Source: Spizellomyces punctatus DAOM BR117
Taxonomy: Eukaryota
Reading direction: 5' to 3' (one strand)
Length of the DNA: 64,000 nucleotides
NCBI GenBank assembly: GCA_000182565.2
Contig: KQ257453.1
The translations under genes and the position numbers were made by a program. Shown in pieces: positions 13,198 through 24,681 of this stretch. The stretch's first letter is position 1. The number at the start of each line of letters is the position of its first letter. The notes under the pieces were generated by a model. The model was not told the DNA's origin, ran no database searches, and worked only from the letters and a program-made list of their open reading frames with translations.

Positions 13198-14107
13198 TCG
13201 ATTGGTAGGATGCGCCTATATTCAGATAAGGTAGGGGGGGAGGGGGGTATGAGGGATAATTTTTACTTCACTACTGGTGCTGTTTAGTGCGAATCCTTAG
13301 TTAACGGGAGGCCAGTGATATTTCCCGCACAGGGCTTATGTTTAGTTCTTCCCATTATGTATTTTGACAAGAGTTATAATCCAAACCATGCTGGTTGCAG
13401 TATGTCCGGTAGGATGCTGTGGCAACGATGTTTGTAATGCTTCATGTTTTCCAGCAGAAGTACAGCCGGGTAAGTGAGGTTGTCGATTAGAATTGGAATC
13501 TGCAACTACGTTTGTCCCGTAGCCAACTATGCGGTGCTGTTCGCGTTCCTCAATAGGTTCACTGATCCGCCAGAAACAGTAGATCGACCATTTCTTCCAG
13601 CATACGAAGATTTACCACTTTGCAGATACTAATTATAGTATTGAGTGTGCGTTTAGAATGAATGCGGCGCTCATGGTTAGCTTCCTCGAGTCCTTAATGA
13701 GAATTATCCTAACGTGTAATTCGTAGATACAAATGTCATGACGGGCAAGGTGTTTTACAGCACCACTCTTCGGTTTAAGACTACTGGAAACAGTCGGTTA
13801 TCACAGGCAATTCCTGCTAAATGCAGCAAAAGTGTTGATCTCTCAAAAGTATCAAACAACACAACAAGTTTAGAATGGGCTGTGATATCTTGAGTGCACG
13901 ATCGGCTTACCTAACGGATGAGTAATCAAGTTCACAATTTTTTTGGATTACGTCGCGTTCAACTGGCAGCTACCAACTCCGATATCTCCAAAGAATTGCT
14001 CACATTGGTTGGAACTGACTCTAGACGGCAGCACCAGAAGGTCCCAGTTGACGACAACATAATTACGAAGCGGCCCCTCCCGTCTACTGCTCTGCCAGAC
14101 AGTAATA

Positions 14108-17100
14108 ATGGGCAAACAGCGCCCACGTTACAATGAGAGGGCACGAGCTTCGTCTCACTTGGCAAAGACAGCCAAACCACATCCCCATGCTCGAGACGGA
14201 GGCTTGAAAAAGAAGCGAAAGAGTGCTACTGAACCCGCGGCGATATCTGAAGCGTCTAGCGTCACTCTCATAACAGAAACCTCTACTAGCAGTATCACAA
14301 ACGAAGACAATGTCGAGTATTCTGCCTCCAAGACGGACGTTCCTATTGTGCTCGTTCCAGGAGAGAAGGGGCCATCGGGAGAGGAAGACAAGAAAACACT
14401 AGACCTGAGCTTGCTAGAAGAGGAGCCAACCGGAAAATTAACGTCCAAAAAGCGAAAAAGATTGGAAAAGTTTATCGAGAAGCAATTGAAGAAGGAGGAG
14501 AGAGTAAAGCTACTGCAAAAGTTGAGCGAGCAAAGCTTTTCGTCGGAGCTTTTACGGTCGAGTAAGGCTCTAGGACAGAATGTAAGCTTGAAGCTCTTGG
14601 ATTGGTGTCTGAGGTTCAATGACGCAGTGACCAATATCTGACGTATTTACATGTTCATAACAGAAATTGACTGCTCGTGAAAAACTGCGGCAAGCGCTCC
14701 TAGAAGAGCGTGCTGGAATCTCTCGTTCGGATTTAGGGGTGCGCCTTCTCGTAGAAAAGGACTTTGACGATGAGGCGGATGCGGCATTGGACGGAGTAGC
14801 AGCAGATGTAGTAGATAGCAAGAAGGACACAGTCCTGGCTGTAAACGATAAAGCTAGCCACGGCCAGACAAGCGCGGTAGATGTCCCACTTGCCAGAGAA
14901 CAACCGGAACCGCTTGGAATAGTGTCGCGAGCGTTTGGAAAAGTCCCACCGGCACCAGCGTCCGTGGAAGTTTTTGAGGAATATGGAGGTGCTACGAAAA
15001 AAGATGAAGAAAATCCCTCCGCTGGATTTGGAGCTGCGCTGAAAAGTTCTCAAAGCACTGCCGTACTAAGCTTTGGAGCCGCATTGAAGAGAAAAGCTCC
15101 GGAAGATGGTGTAGAAGGTGAGCAACCTGAGCTGACGATACCCAAGCGGAAAAAGAAAAAGCAAAAGAAAAAAGCCGTGCCGGTCAATAAAGAGCCACAT
15201 GGTAGCGATTCGGAAGGCGAAGAAGTAAACCACACAGAGGAGGAAGGCGCTGGTGGTGCGAAAAAGGATATCTGGGCGGCAGACGTGGTGGTGGGCGAAC
15301 ATTTGAACTCTACAAAGTTGAATGGCTCAACACAAAAGCAGCCTATTAGTGCAACTACTTCCAACACCCCTAAAACAACCTCTAAGCAGCAAGAAGCACC
15401 AAACACTTCGTCCAAGCCAATATTTCATGTCCCGGTCGATCGCCCCGAGTCTGTACAGCTTACCCGTATCTCGCTTCCTGTTGTGATGGAGGAACAGCCT
15501 ATTATGGAAGCTATCCTTAACCATGACGTGACAATCCTCTGTGGTGAAACCGGTTCCGGAAAGACAACGCAAGTACCGCAATTTCTCTATGAAGCCGGGT
15601 TCGGTGACCCAACGCATCCACAATTCCCTGGCATGGTCGGTGTGACACAACCTCGGCGAGTAGCAGCTGTTTCAATGGCCCGGCGTGTTGCCGATGAGAT
15701 GGCCTTGAAGAATGGAGAAGTGGCTTATCAGATTCGATATGATAAAGGATCTACGGGTCGTAATACACGGATCAAGTTTATGACAGATGGTATCCTGCTA
15801 AGAGAGCTTAGTGTCGCTGCTGGAGGGGAAACACAATCTAAGAAGAAAGCGGCAGATGGACCAGCGGATCTCCTTCTATCAAAGTACTCGTGTATCATTA
15901 TTGATGAGGCCCACGAGCGAACAGTTGGGACGGATGTGCTGATAGGGTGGTTGACACGCATCGCTGCTCTACGAAATTCGGGGAAGGTGGCAGGTGTCAA
16001 GCCATTGAAACTAGTCATTATGTCTGCAACCCTTCGAGTCGAGGATTTTACCATGAATCAGACGTTGTTTGCAGCAAATGACAAACCACCCGTGGTAAAA
16101 GTGGATGGACGACAACACAAGGTATTGTCCTATTACATATTGACCCGCAAACCATTTTTTGCATGGGGCTGACGATTACCCCTACACCCCAGGTGGTGAT
16201 TCACTATAATAAACGTACCCCCGAACTCGATTATGTTACTGAAGCATTCAAAAAAGTTTCCAAAATCCATAATCAACTCCCACAAGGCGGCATTCTTGTC
16301 TTTTTAACCGGTCAACAAGAAATCCAAGTACTTGTCCGTAAATTACGAAAAGCATTTCCTCTCCATAAGCCAAAGGAGGTTGAACGAAATAGACTGGAGG
16401 AGACGTTCGCAGAGAAGGGTACCAAGGGAAATGCAAACATGTTTGATGAAGCGGATGGAGATGTAGACATGGAAACGGGGCCGGATGATTACAACGAAGG
16501 CGAGAGTGATGTCGAAAATATGGACGAGGATGACGAAGAAGAGGAGGTTGAAATTCTTGGGGGACTGAGTGATGACGAGAATGAACCTGAACCGCTCATT
16601 ACTCCAAGAAAGTTTGGGGAGCAAGCTGCACCATTGCATGTGTTACCCCTGTATTCACTGCTGCCAACGGCGGCTCAGATGAGAGTGTTTGAGGCACCCC
16701 CGGCTGGGTCGCGGCTTGTTGTTATTGCTACCAACGTCGCGGAAACGTCCTTAACCATTCCCGGAATCAAGTATGTAGTAGATTGTGGGAAAGTGAAAGA
16801 GGTAGGGCACACCCTCGGTTTGTAGTATGTGGGTTCACTTCTAATCTAATGGTGACTTTCAGCGCCGGTACGATGCAAATTCTGGAGTGCAAACATACCA
16901 AATATGTTGGACATCTCGTGCCTCAGCTGACCAAAGAGCTGGGCGAGCAGGACGTGTTGGCCCAGGCCATTGCTACCGTCTCTTCAGCTCGGCAGTCTTC
17001 AACGATTACTTTGAACAATTCTCTCAACCTGAAATCCTTCGGGTCCCAATTGAAGGCGTGGTCCTGCAAATGAAGAGCATGGGAATAAACAACGTCGTCG

Positions 17101-18828
17101 GTTTTCCTTTCCCGACCCCACCAGGCAAAGAGAATCTCAAGGCTGCTGAGAAGCTATTGTTGCATCTAGGAGCAGTTGACACTGACTCGAATATTTTAAA
17201 GATAACTGAACTTGGCAAATTGATGGCAAAGTTCCCAGTTTCGCCACGGTTCGCAAAGATGATCATTGTCGCTGCTTCTCAAACCGAGAATATCTTACCC
17301 TATGTCATCGCGATTGTGTCTGGGCTCTCCGTAGGTGACCCGTTCATCAGGGACGAGGATATTGTTGGGAAAGAGCAAGAAGAAAGCGATGAAGATGATG
17401 ACGATGCAGAGGAGGAGAAGGAACGCCGCTCAAAGAAACGATCTGCATTTTGGAAGACAATGGCAACATTTTCCGGGAACCCACCGACGTCTGACGCGCT
17501 TCGACTTCTCACTGCCATTGGTGCTCACACAGCCGAATATTCCCGATCCACCTCCCTCGCCGAAAAGTTTTGTGAAAAGCACTTTCTTCGTCCAAAGGCA
17601 ATGGACGAAATGCGTAAATTGCGCGGCCAATTGACCAATCTCGTCAAGATGGCTTTGGGGGATAATGGTCGTTACCCATCTGTGCGGGATTTATGTGTGG
17701 ATCCACGATTGCCGCCTCCTAATCCTCGACAGGCGGCTGCAATCCGACAGGTGTTATTGTCAGGATTTGCGGACAGGGTTGCTAGGCTTGACGATGAGGC
17801 CAGCAAGGGCTGGGGCGGCAAAAAGTGTGTTCCTGTGTACCGCACAATGTGGGGAGGAAAAAATGAGGTGTGCCAGATTCACCCATCAAGCTGTCTCCAT
17901 CGGGAACGGCCAGCGCCACGGTACGTGATTTACGACGAGCTTATTGGGAAGGAAGAGAAGATCTCTGCCGACAACGCCGGAGTGATTTCAATGCGTGCAA
18001 ATGCGAACGTGACAGCTCCGGACGGTACCTCAATCAAAAAGCATTGGTTGAAAGGCGTTTCCTCGATTGAAGATATATGGATATCCGTGGTGGCTCCTCG
18101 CCATCTTTGTCGAATGGGCAAGGTGATGGAGCAACCTGAGCCACGGTATGACGGTGCCATGGACAAAATTGTAGGATACTGTATTCCAAACTTTGGGCCA
18201 AAAATGTGGGATTTACCTCCTCGGGAAATGGAATTACCAAGGTTGGAGGACAGATGCAAGTGGTTTGCACGCAGCTTGATGGAGGGGAAGGTCGTCCTCA
18301 TGGAGCAAAAGGGGAAGAGTAAACGGAAGGGCAAGCGAATGAATGGGGGACAAGAAACAAGAGAAGTTTTTGCAAAACTGGCTCCATTTGTTACGACAAA
18401 GACTGTCACAATAACAAAGAGCTGGGGAAAGAGCCAAACGAAGGTTGGGAACTTGGTTGATACGATGGTGACGGCCGGTATTGATTCCAAAGCAAAGTTG
18501 ATTTCCCAATGGTACGTCCTTCACCTACTGTAGTTTCATGCATATTGTTTAGTTCTAACCCACCTCTACCCACAGGCGCCAAAACCGCACCTTTTTGCTG
18601 ACCCAATACCTTGCTTTCATCCCCGACGACTTTCATGCATGCCTTTCCCAAAATTGGCCACCTGCTGTCTTATACAACCGAGATGAGGACGACGCAGCTA
18701 GTGATGCCATTAGAATAGGCGAGTTGCTACGTGGGGTTGAAGAGATTTGTGCGGTTGCTAGAGGACGTAGGGATGAGAGAGATTTTGGGAGAGCCGAGAG
18801 TGAGAGTGAAGGAGATAGCGATTTTTAG
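14108..18828 (+). CDS. DHR1: DEAH-box RNA helicase DHX37/Dhr1 (Ecm16), 18S rRNA biogenesis
   Basis: GETGSGKT, TQPRRVAA, IIDEAHER, MSAT, ATNVAETSLTIPGI, QRAGRAGR; N-terminal MGKQRPRYN and KKRKRLEKFIE typical of Dhr1. Confidence 0.93.
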
Positions 18829-20238
18829 AATGGAAGTATTTATATGTGTATAGGTTGTATTTAGCATATAGCTTTTTCCTTAATTCTGATACATGATTGT
18901 CTGACAAACATCTCAGAAATTTCTGGCTAGGGATAATTCTTTTGTTTTTCTGGGGGGCTGTTTCTGCTGGCATAGAAGCCGTCAGGCAACTTTCTAGTTC
19001 AAATTCTCAAGCACTGTATTTTTGATTGAAAACGCTGCACAGCTGGCACCGACAGTTGCCGATAGGCGCCTGATCATATTGGCTTTTAGCTTCAAATGAA
19101 GGGTTAAAGGTTTGTGCATCAACTTAATGTTCAGAAAACATATTGTTTCATGTGTGGACAGAGAACCGTTTCTACGAAACACCCGAGAGCAAATGTTTTG
19201 CGTCCGTTACCGCTCAAAAATGTGAGGCCTGCCAACCCTTTGATCCAAATCCCATTACGTGTAAATAACGCTCCTGCTTCTCTTGCACGGGATATAAAGG
19301 GTTGTAGCAAGACCCGTTGTGTGGACAAGAAAGAGAGAATCACAAAACAGTTCCTTGACAAATGATCGTTTGTAGATATATTCCAAAAAGGAAGAACCCA
19401 AAAAGGCCTGCGAGGAACAGCTAGCGTAACATAGCATCTCCTTGTCAGACAAACGTAATCGCAGACTCTTTCCATGAACTTTGACATGCCTAGTACGTTA
19501 CAAGCATTCGCTTTACCAGTAAGACTTCAGGACGGATTTCACACCCTTGACCAAATTCTATGCAACTTATCAGGACGATGTGATACTCCTACGCAGGTGA
19601 TGCCGATCGCATGCTTTCTTTATCCTCAGAGAAAGTGCTTCGCTCTCTGTTGGGAGGCGGTTGCTCGAGACCATTGACAATAGGGCACATGGCCCACAGA
19701 GTGGAAAGCAGAAGACGTACTTGAGACTCTCAGGGTATCAGCTGAGGACAACAGGAATCAACGATATCAATCCATTGTTTGCTCAGAGGGTTTCCTCATT
19801 ACCTGATATGTTTTGATCGCTGCGAGGAGTTTGGATGTCAAGAGGGTAAGGCACCGTGGCCAAATGGATTTCTTGGTTGAAAACGTCCCAATTCGAAACA
19901 AAATGCGGGAAACAAAAGGCCATTGACTATCCATTTCAAAGAAGTATTTAAAGAACAAGCGCCGTCTGCATTAAGTACAAATTTATTGAAAATGCCAAGG
20001 ATGGAATTCTCGCGCTTCAAAAATACACATTCTCGGACCAACACGTATCCTCACCACACTTAAAGGTGCCCTCTGCATTCCCATTTCGTAAAGAAACGAG
20101 CCCCCGGCTTGGGACGGGTTCAGCTGCATTACACCTCCACCGTTGAGAGAAAACTCACAACGGCCAAAGTGCTCCCGAGAGTCGTTTTTGAACGCCCAAA
20201 AACGACTACCAATTCGATCGCCCAAACGTACAATGCAT

Positions 20239-20791
20239 GGCGCCACAGATTCGCCCAGCCGCTAGGCCACTGCGCTGTGAACTTGCTACCATATTGCACG
20301 ATTGAGTACCGAAGCCCCTCAGCGTGGCCCCACAGATTCGCCCAGCCGCTAGGCCACCGCGCTGTGTAGTTTCTACCACGTCCTCTTCGGGCGGGAATAC
20401 GGCGCCACAGATTCGCCCAGCCGCTAGGCCACTGCGCTGTGAACTTGCTACCATATTGCACGATTGAGTACCGAAGCCCCTCAGCGTGGCCCCACAGATT
20501 CGCCCAGCCGCTAGGCCACCGCGCTGTGTAGTTTCTACCACGTCCTCTTCGGGCGGGAATACGGCGCCACAGATTCGCCCAGCCGCTAGGCCACTGCGCT
20601 GTGAACTTGCTACCGTATCGCGCGAATGGGTGTCGATCCCCTCAGTGTGGCCCCACAGATTCGCCCAGCCGCTAGGCCAACGCGCTGTGTGGTTGCTACC
20701 ACCTTCGGGAATGACACCGGAATACGGCGCCACAGATTCGCCCAGCCGCTAGGCCACCGCGCTGTGTAGTTTCTACCACGTCCTCTTCGGG
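20239..20791. repeat. Array of 7 conserved ~37-50 bp cores separated by alternating linkers (162-bp higher-order unit)
   Basis: CCACAGATTCGCCCAGCCGCTAGGCCA(C/A)(T/C)GCGCTGTG starts at 20243, 20330, 20405, 20492, 20567, 20653, 20730; spacings 87/75/87/75/86/77. Confidence 0.97.
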
Positions 20792-20840
20792 AAGGAGACC
20801 ATACTTACCTGGAGGATGGAAAGTCGGGGGACTCCAACGA

Positions 20841-22394
20841 TCACGGCCCGAAGGGGTCCTCCGCTCCACGAGCAGCGCCTGGGCTTTCCGGTTGGCTAAC
20901 CTGAGAAAGCCAACCTTGAACCTTGGCGGTGGTATCGAGGACCGGATCTTTCCCTCCGGCGCCATGAAGCCGAGCCCTCTTGTGTCGGCGCTTGGATGAC
21001 CGCGCCGACCGCCCCGACCGCGACGACCTCTTGGACGATCTGTCGTCGTCCTCGCTCTCGTCATCCTCCCCTCCCTCCTCGGGATCAGGGCCGGGCATGT
21101 CGTCGCCATCAACATCGAGACCTTGCAGGTCTTGCCACTTGATGGGCGCCAGAAGGTCGAAGAGTCGTAACCCTTCCTCCCTCACGGCTACCATCAGAGA
21201 CATGAGACACAGCACGTCTCGACCATTAAGGATCGAGTAGTCTCCGACGTGATAGGCTATGTACTGCAGAAGAAGGCATTGGACGTTAATGCCGCACCGA
21301 ATCGAGTGGGGAAAGAGCACAGAACTTACCATGCCTGTGCCCCGAACCTTTTTGTACCCCATCACGTACAGGCTGAGGTGATACCCCACGAGGGTGGTAC
21401 CCACAACGGCAATATTCTGCCGCTCGAGCACCAATTCCCAAGCGTGCATGACAGCCCTAAGACCAGCAAGCAGCTGGTTCACGCACCCGAACTGCGCCGC
21501 TCTGTCCGATTTACGTTCTTGAACATAAAAGGGGAAGGGGACGCAGTCGGGATCGCCACATCGGGCTCGAAGCGGCAAAAGACTGTCGGCCAACAGCGTG
21601 TATGGGTTTTCTGGCTCCACAGGGGGGTCATCAGTACAATACCCAACGATGACGTCAGGTTTCGGCCTTGTAAGGCCAGCGATGCCCTCCGGCAAGGCCA
21701 GGATGTGGGTGTCCCTGTAGCAAGTTCAATGCGTGAATAACGGAAGCGACTCAATGCTAGAGTCAAAAGTTACTCACGACACATAAGCGAACACCTCGCC
21801 GTGATTCATCACGGACAAAAGGGCCGTCTTCAACGGCGCCCACTCGGCCTCGTGATTTCCTACAGCCGCCTGGATGAGCATCCTTATCACTCGTGCTCCA
21901 GTGAGGCTATTGACGTACCTTCGAGGCTGTCAGCTTTCCCGACCACCTGAAAAAGGTTGGCGCTAAGATGGTCTGAGACAACCGGGTTGTCTCCAAAATA
22001 CTCCGGCGCTTTCCTTTCCAGCTAAATGAATCAATCCCAAAGTGGTCAGGCGCAAGTCCATGAGAGCGCCAGATTGTAAGTGCTCGTTGTACTTACGTTA
22101 GGTCGGGAGCCAGCTCTCAACACTTGGCGTGGTGCCAAGAGCCGATTCACGAGAGCCTCCACAACGGGAGACGGGGCGAAAACCTTCTGATGAGCCGGCA
22201 AGTCGGCGGTGTCATTAAAAAACCCTCGGCACAGCCGCATGCCGTTGGTGTTGATCTGCCGCCGATACTTGCGGCTATTCTTGCTATCAAAACAAGACAT
22301 CATGCTTTAATGAACCAATTCAAAAGACGGCAACATTTTGCGGGAAATCTTACAAGGAGGCATTGGATTTGCTGGATTTCACAGAGTCAGACAT
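20841..22394 (-). CDS. PD-(D/E)XK (restriction-endonuclease fold)-like protein, six exons, ~400 aa
   Basis: ATG 22394; GT-AG introns at 22353-22284, 22096-22022, ~21918-21860, ~21777-21717 and 21329-21264 keep the frame. Motifs HEAEW, PKPDVIVGY, FPFYVQERKS, VNQL; acidic then Arg/Lys-rich tail; TATA-like TATAAAA near 22490. Confidence 0.7.
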
Positions 22395-23589
22395 CGCGAA
22401 TAAAAAACAATAAGATGCAAATGCTCTAAAGTTCTATGGGAAAATTCAGAGCAACGAACCGGGGGGGAGGCAGGAGGGGGCGTCTTTTATATTCGTGTAT
22501 ATTGATTAGATAATCTACTCCTTTCCAATACGCTGATTGGCTGCCACACAGCGGTGTCTCTGCGTGTCTCTGATTATGTGATCACTCATGGGGATTTGGA
22601 TTCCGCTCTAATAGCAGTTTATCATTCTGGATGCGAATCATCGGTAAATCATTGTTAAGTCTTAAAATGATAGATTTGGTATTGTGCTAAACGCCGTGGT
22701 AAAAGACCTTGTCGTCTTTAGGATGGACTTCCACTGTTGAACTTTTCATAGCTCTTGATGCGAATTATTTTTGGCATCTCTGATTATCCACTGCAACCAT
22801 GCGATGCACCCTGACCATGTCAGTCAACTCGACCACCAACAGCCCTCTCACGTTCGAGTCTTCCACGCCCAAACAGCGGGCGCCCACGAACAAAAGGTCT
22901 GTCCGATTCGCTTCACTCAGGACTGGATGATGCAATAGGCCTACAAGGAGATACTGCATCGTTCTCTATCGAGATGGTTAGAAAGGCTTCAAGGACTGGT
23001 AAAAAGCTTTCTTCGCTGTTGCTTCATGATGTGACACCACTATTCATACCACCGACTACTTCAAAGTGCTGCCAAGGTGAGGAGGAAGCCGATTTACTGC
23101 CAAGTTCCCTTTCTCCTTCTTGGGTAGCAAGGTACCCACCACGGACATCTAACATACTACTCCCATATCTCATTGCCAGATTTGTCGGACCCTTTCGGAT
23201 GTATTTGTGTACAGTGGGCACTCAACACTGGCTAAAGGGAGGGATGGAACAGAAGTACTTTTTGGAGAACCCGCTATGTGGACCTTCCAGTATGTACATA
23301 AGCAGTACCTTTTCAGCCTCGCCATGAGTCTTAGAGCCGCAGCGAGTTACTGTAAGAGTCATTTCAAACACAATTTTTTAACTTGCGCACCACGATAGTT
23401 TCTTCTACGACAATTCGCAGATTCAGAGGACCCATCATAACGAATATGCGGCAGGACCACTGTTCTGCCCCTTCGCGCTAAGCAACTCCCTATAAAGGTG
23501 CGCAACTTTCCGCCGAATGAACGTTCCTCTCAATACTTTTGCTCGTGCCCAGATCTGGCAAAGTAGCTGGACCGCAACTCGAACACAAT

Positions 23590-24230
23590 GGGAATATCGC
23601 CTTTGCCAGATCGGTACATCCCACGTAGCAATGGCTTCCAAAACGATGGTAGGCTTCTTCTCCTCCCCTTTGATCTGCCCGTCGCTAGCAGTGGGAATCT
23701 TCATTCCCATGTTAAACCAGCGAGCCCAACATATCGGGGAAACTTATTTGCAGATTCACCACCAAAACGTCGGCGACAGCTTGATTAGGTGGGATATGTT
23801 CATGATGGGAGCGCAATAGATTTGCAAGCATTCTAGTGACGTGGACTCTCCCACCCGCGAATACACTCCCACGTCTGCAGCTATCCCGCACGGGGAGGAC
23901 GGAAGGCAACAGGAAGATTGCTGAAGCCAGGCCTTTCGTCGCACTAAATGACAATGTGCCTCTTCTCCAGACCGCTAAGCAAAGGCTCGACTATCAAAAG
24001 TCCGTGTCCGCCTGCAGGCCATACTCTGCCCAAAACTCTGGAATCAATTGTCTACGAAGACTCCAAGAAGGCGACGGAGAGCGGGACAGAGTTGCTCACA
24101 TCTGTATAGAGACCGCATGACTGTGCAGGTCAGGACGGTCACAGACATCTCTCCTATACATCAGATATTCTGGTTGCTCTAGCAACGTTTGGAAAAAATA
24201 TGCAATTTTTCCATTCGCAATGCAAACAGG
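23590..24230 (-). pseudogene. Degenerate PIF/Harbinger-type DDE transposase remnant
   Basis: Frameshifted fragments GIAADVGVYSRVGESTSLECL..YC, SFPDMLGSL, KGEEKKPTIVLEAIATWDVPIW, plus CLHCEWKNC at 24202-24228, matching PIF/Harbinger consensus blocks. Confidence 0.8.
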
Positions 24231-24383
24231 AATATGCGGAGAGTCTCAAAGGCGTGGCCGTTCTTCGTGCATGACCAGTGGGGTTGCCCGGCCATTGGTA
24301 TGCTACAGCACCCCAGACTTCAAACTTAACATTAATGATGTTCATATACAATGAGAATCTAACTGGTGAATGCTTTCACATCA

Positions 24384-24454
24384 GCATTGGTGGTTTAGTG
24401 GCATAATTACCGCCTGCCACGCGGTAGACCCGAGTTCGATTCTCGGCCAATGCA
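24384..24454 (+). tRNA. tRNA-Gly (GCC), intronless
   Basis: GCATTGG/CCAATGC acceptor stem, ACCGC/GCGGT anticodon stem with CTGCCAC loop, CCGAG-TTCGATT-CTCGG T arm, oligo-T terminator ~24475. Confidence 0.97.
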
Positions 24455-24681
24455 TTCTGTTGTCGGCCGGTTAATTTTTTCCTCCGCCAAGAATGGCGAT
24501 CAACTTTAAAAGTTTGGTTCGAGGCAGATAAAAGGCGTTGGCTGCGCGATAGGTATCCCGGTCCAATATTACTGATATAATGCAAAAATATGTAAAACCA
24601 GTAGAAACTTTACAGATATCACCATGATCCCCTCCCATCAAAGCATAATATGAATACCACCCAAGTCGGTAACAAGCATAC

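Noticed and set aside
20340..20400. Hammerhead or HDV-like ribozyme in repeat units (CCGAAGAG..GAAAC; GCGAAT-CTGTG)
   Set aside because: Stem II does not pair, the CUGA core is altered, and no HDV nested pseudoknot could be built by eye; an Infernal search would settle it.
20206..20733. Repeat-encoded 175-aa ORF
   Set aside because: Product of GC-rich 87/75-bp periods; the 86/77 spacings break the frame and there is no convincing start.
20239..20791. Bona fide CRISPR array
   Set aside because: Linkers recur (A,B,A,B) instead of being unique, there are no cas genes, and the context is eukaryotic and intron-containing; reported as a repeat.
20801..20960. U1 snRNA (ATACTTACCTGG, later GATCACG)
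   Set aside because: No loop II ATTGCAC or Sm site; it overlaps a CDS end and is better explained as a minus-strand splice donor.
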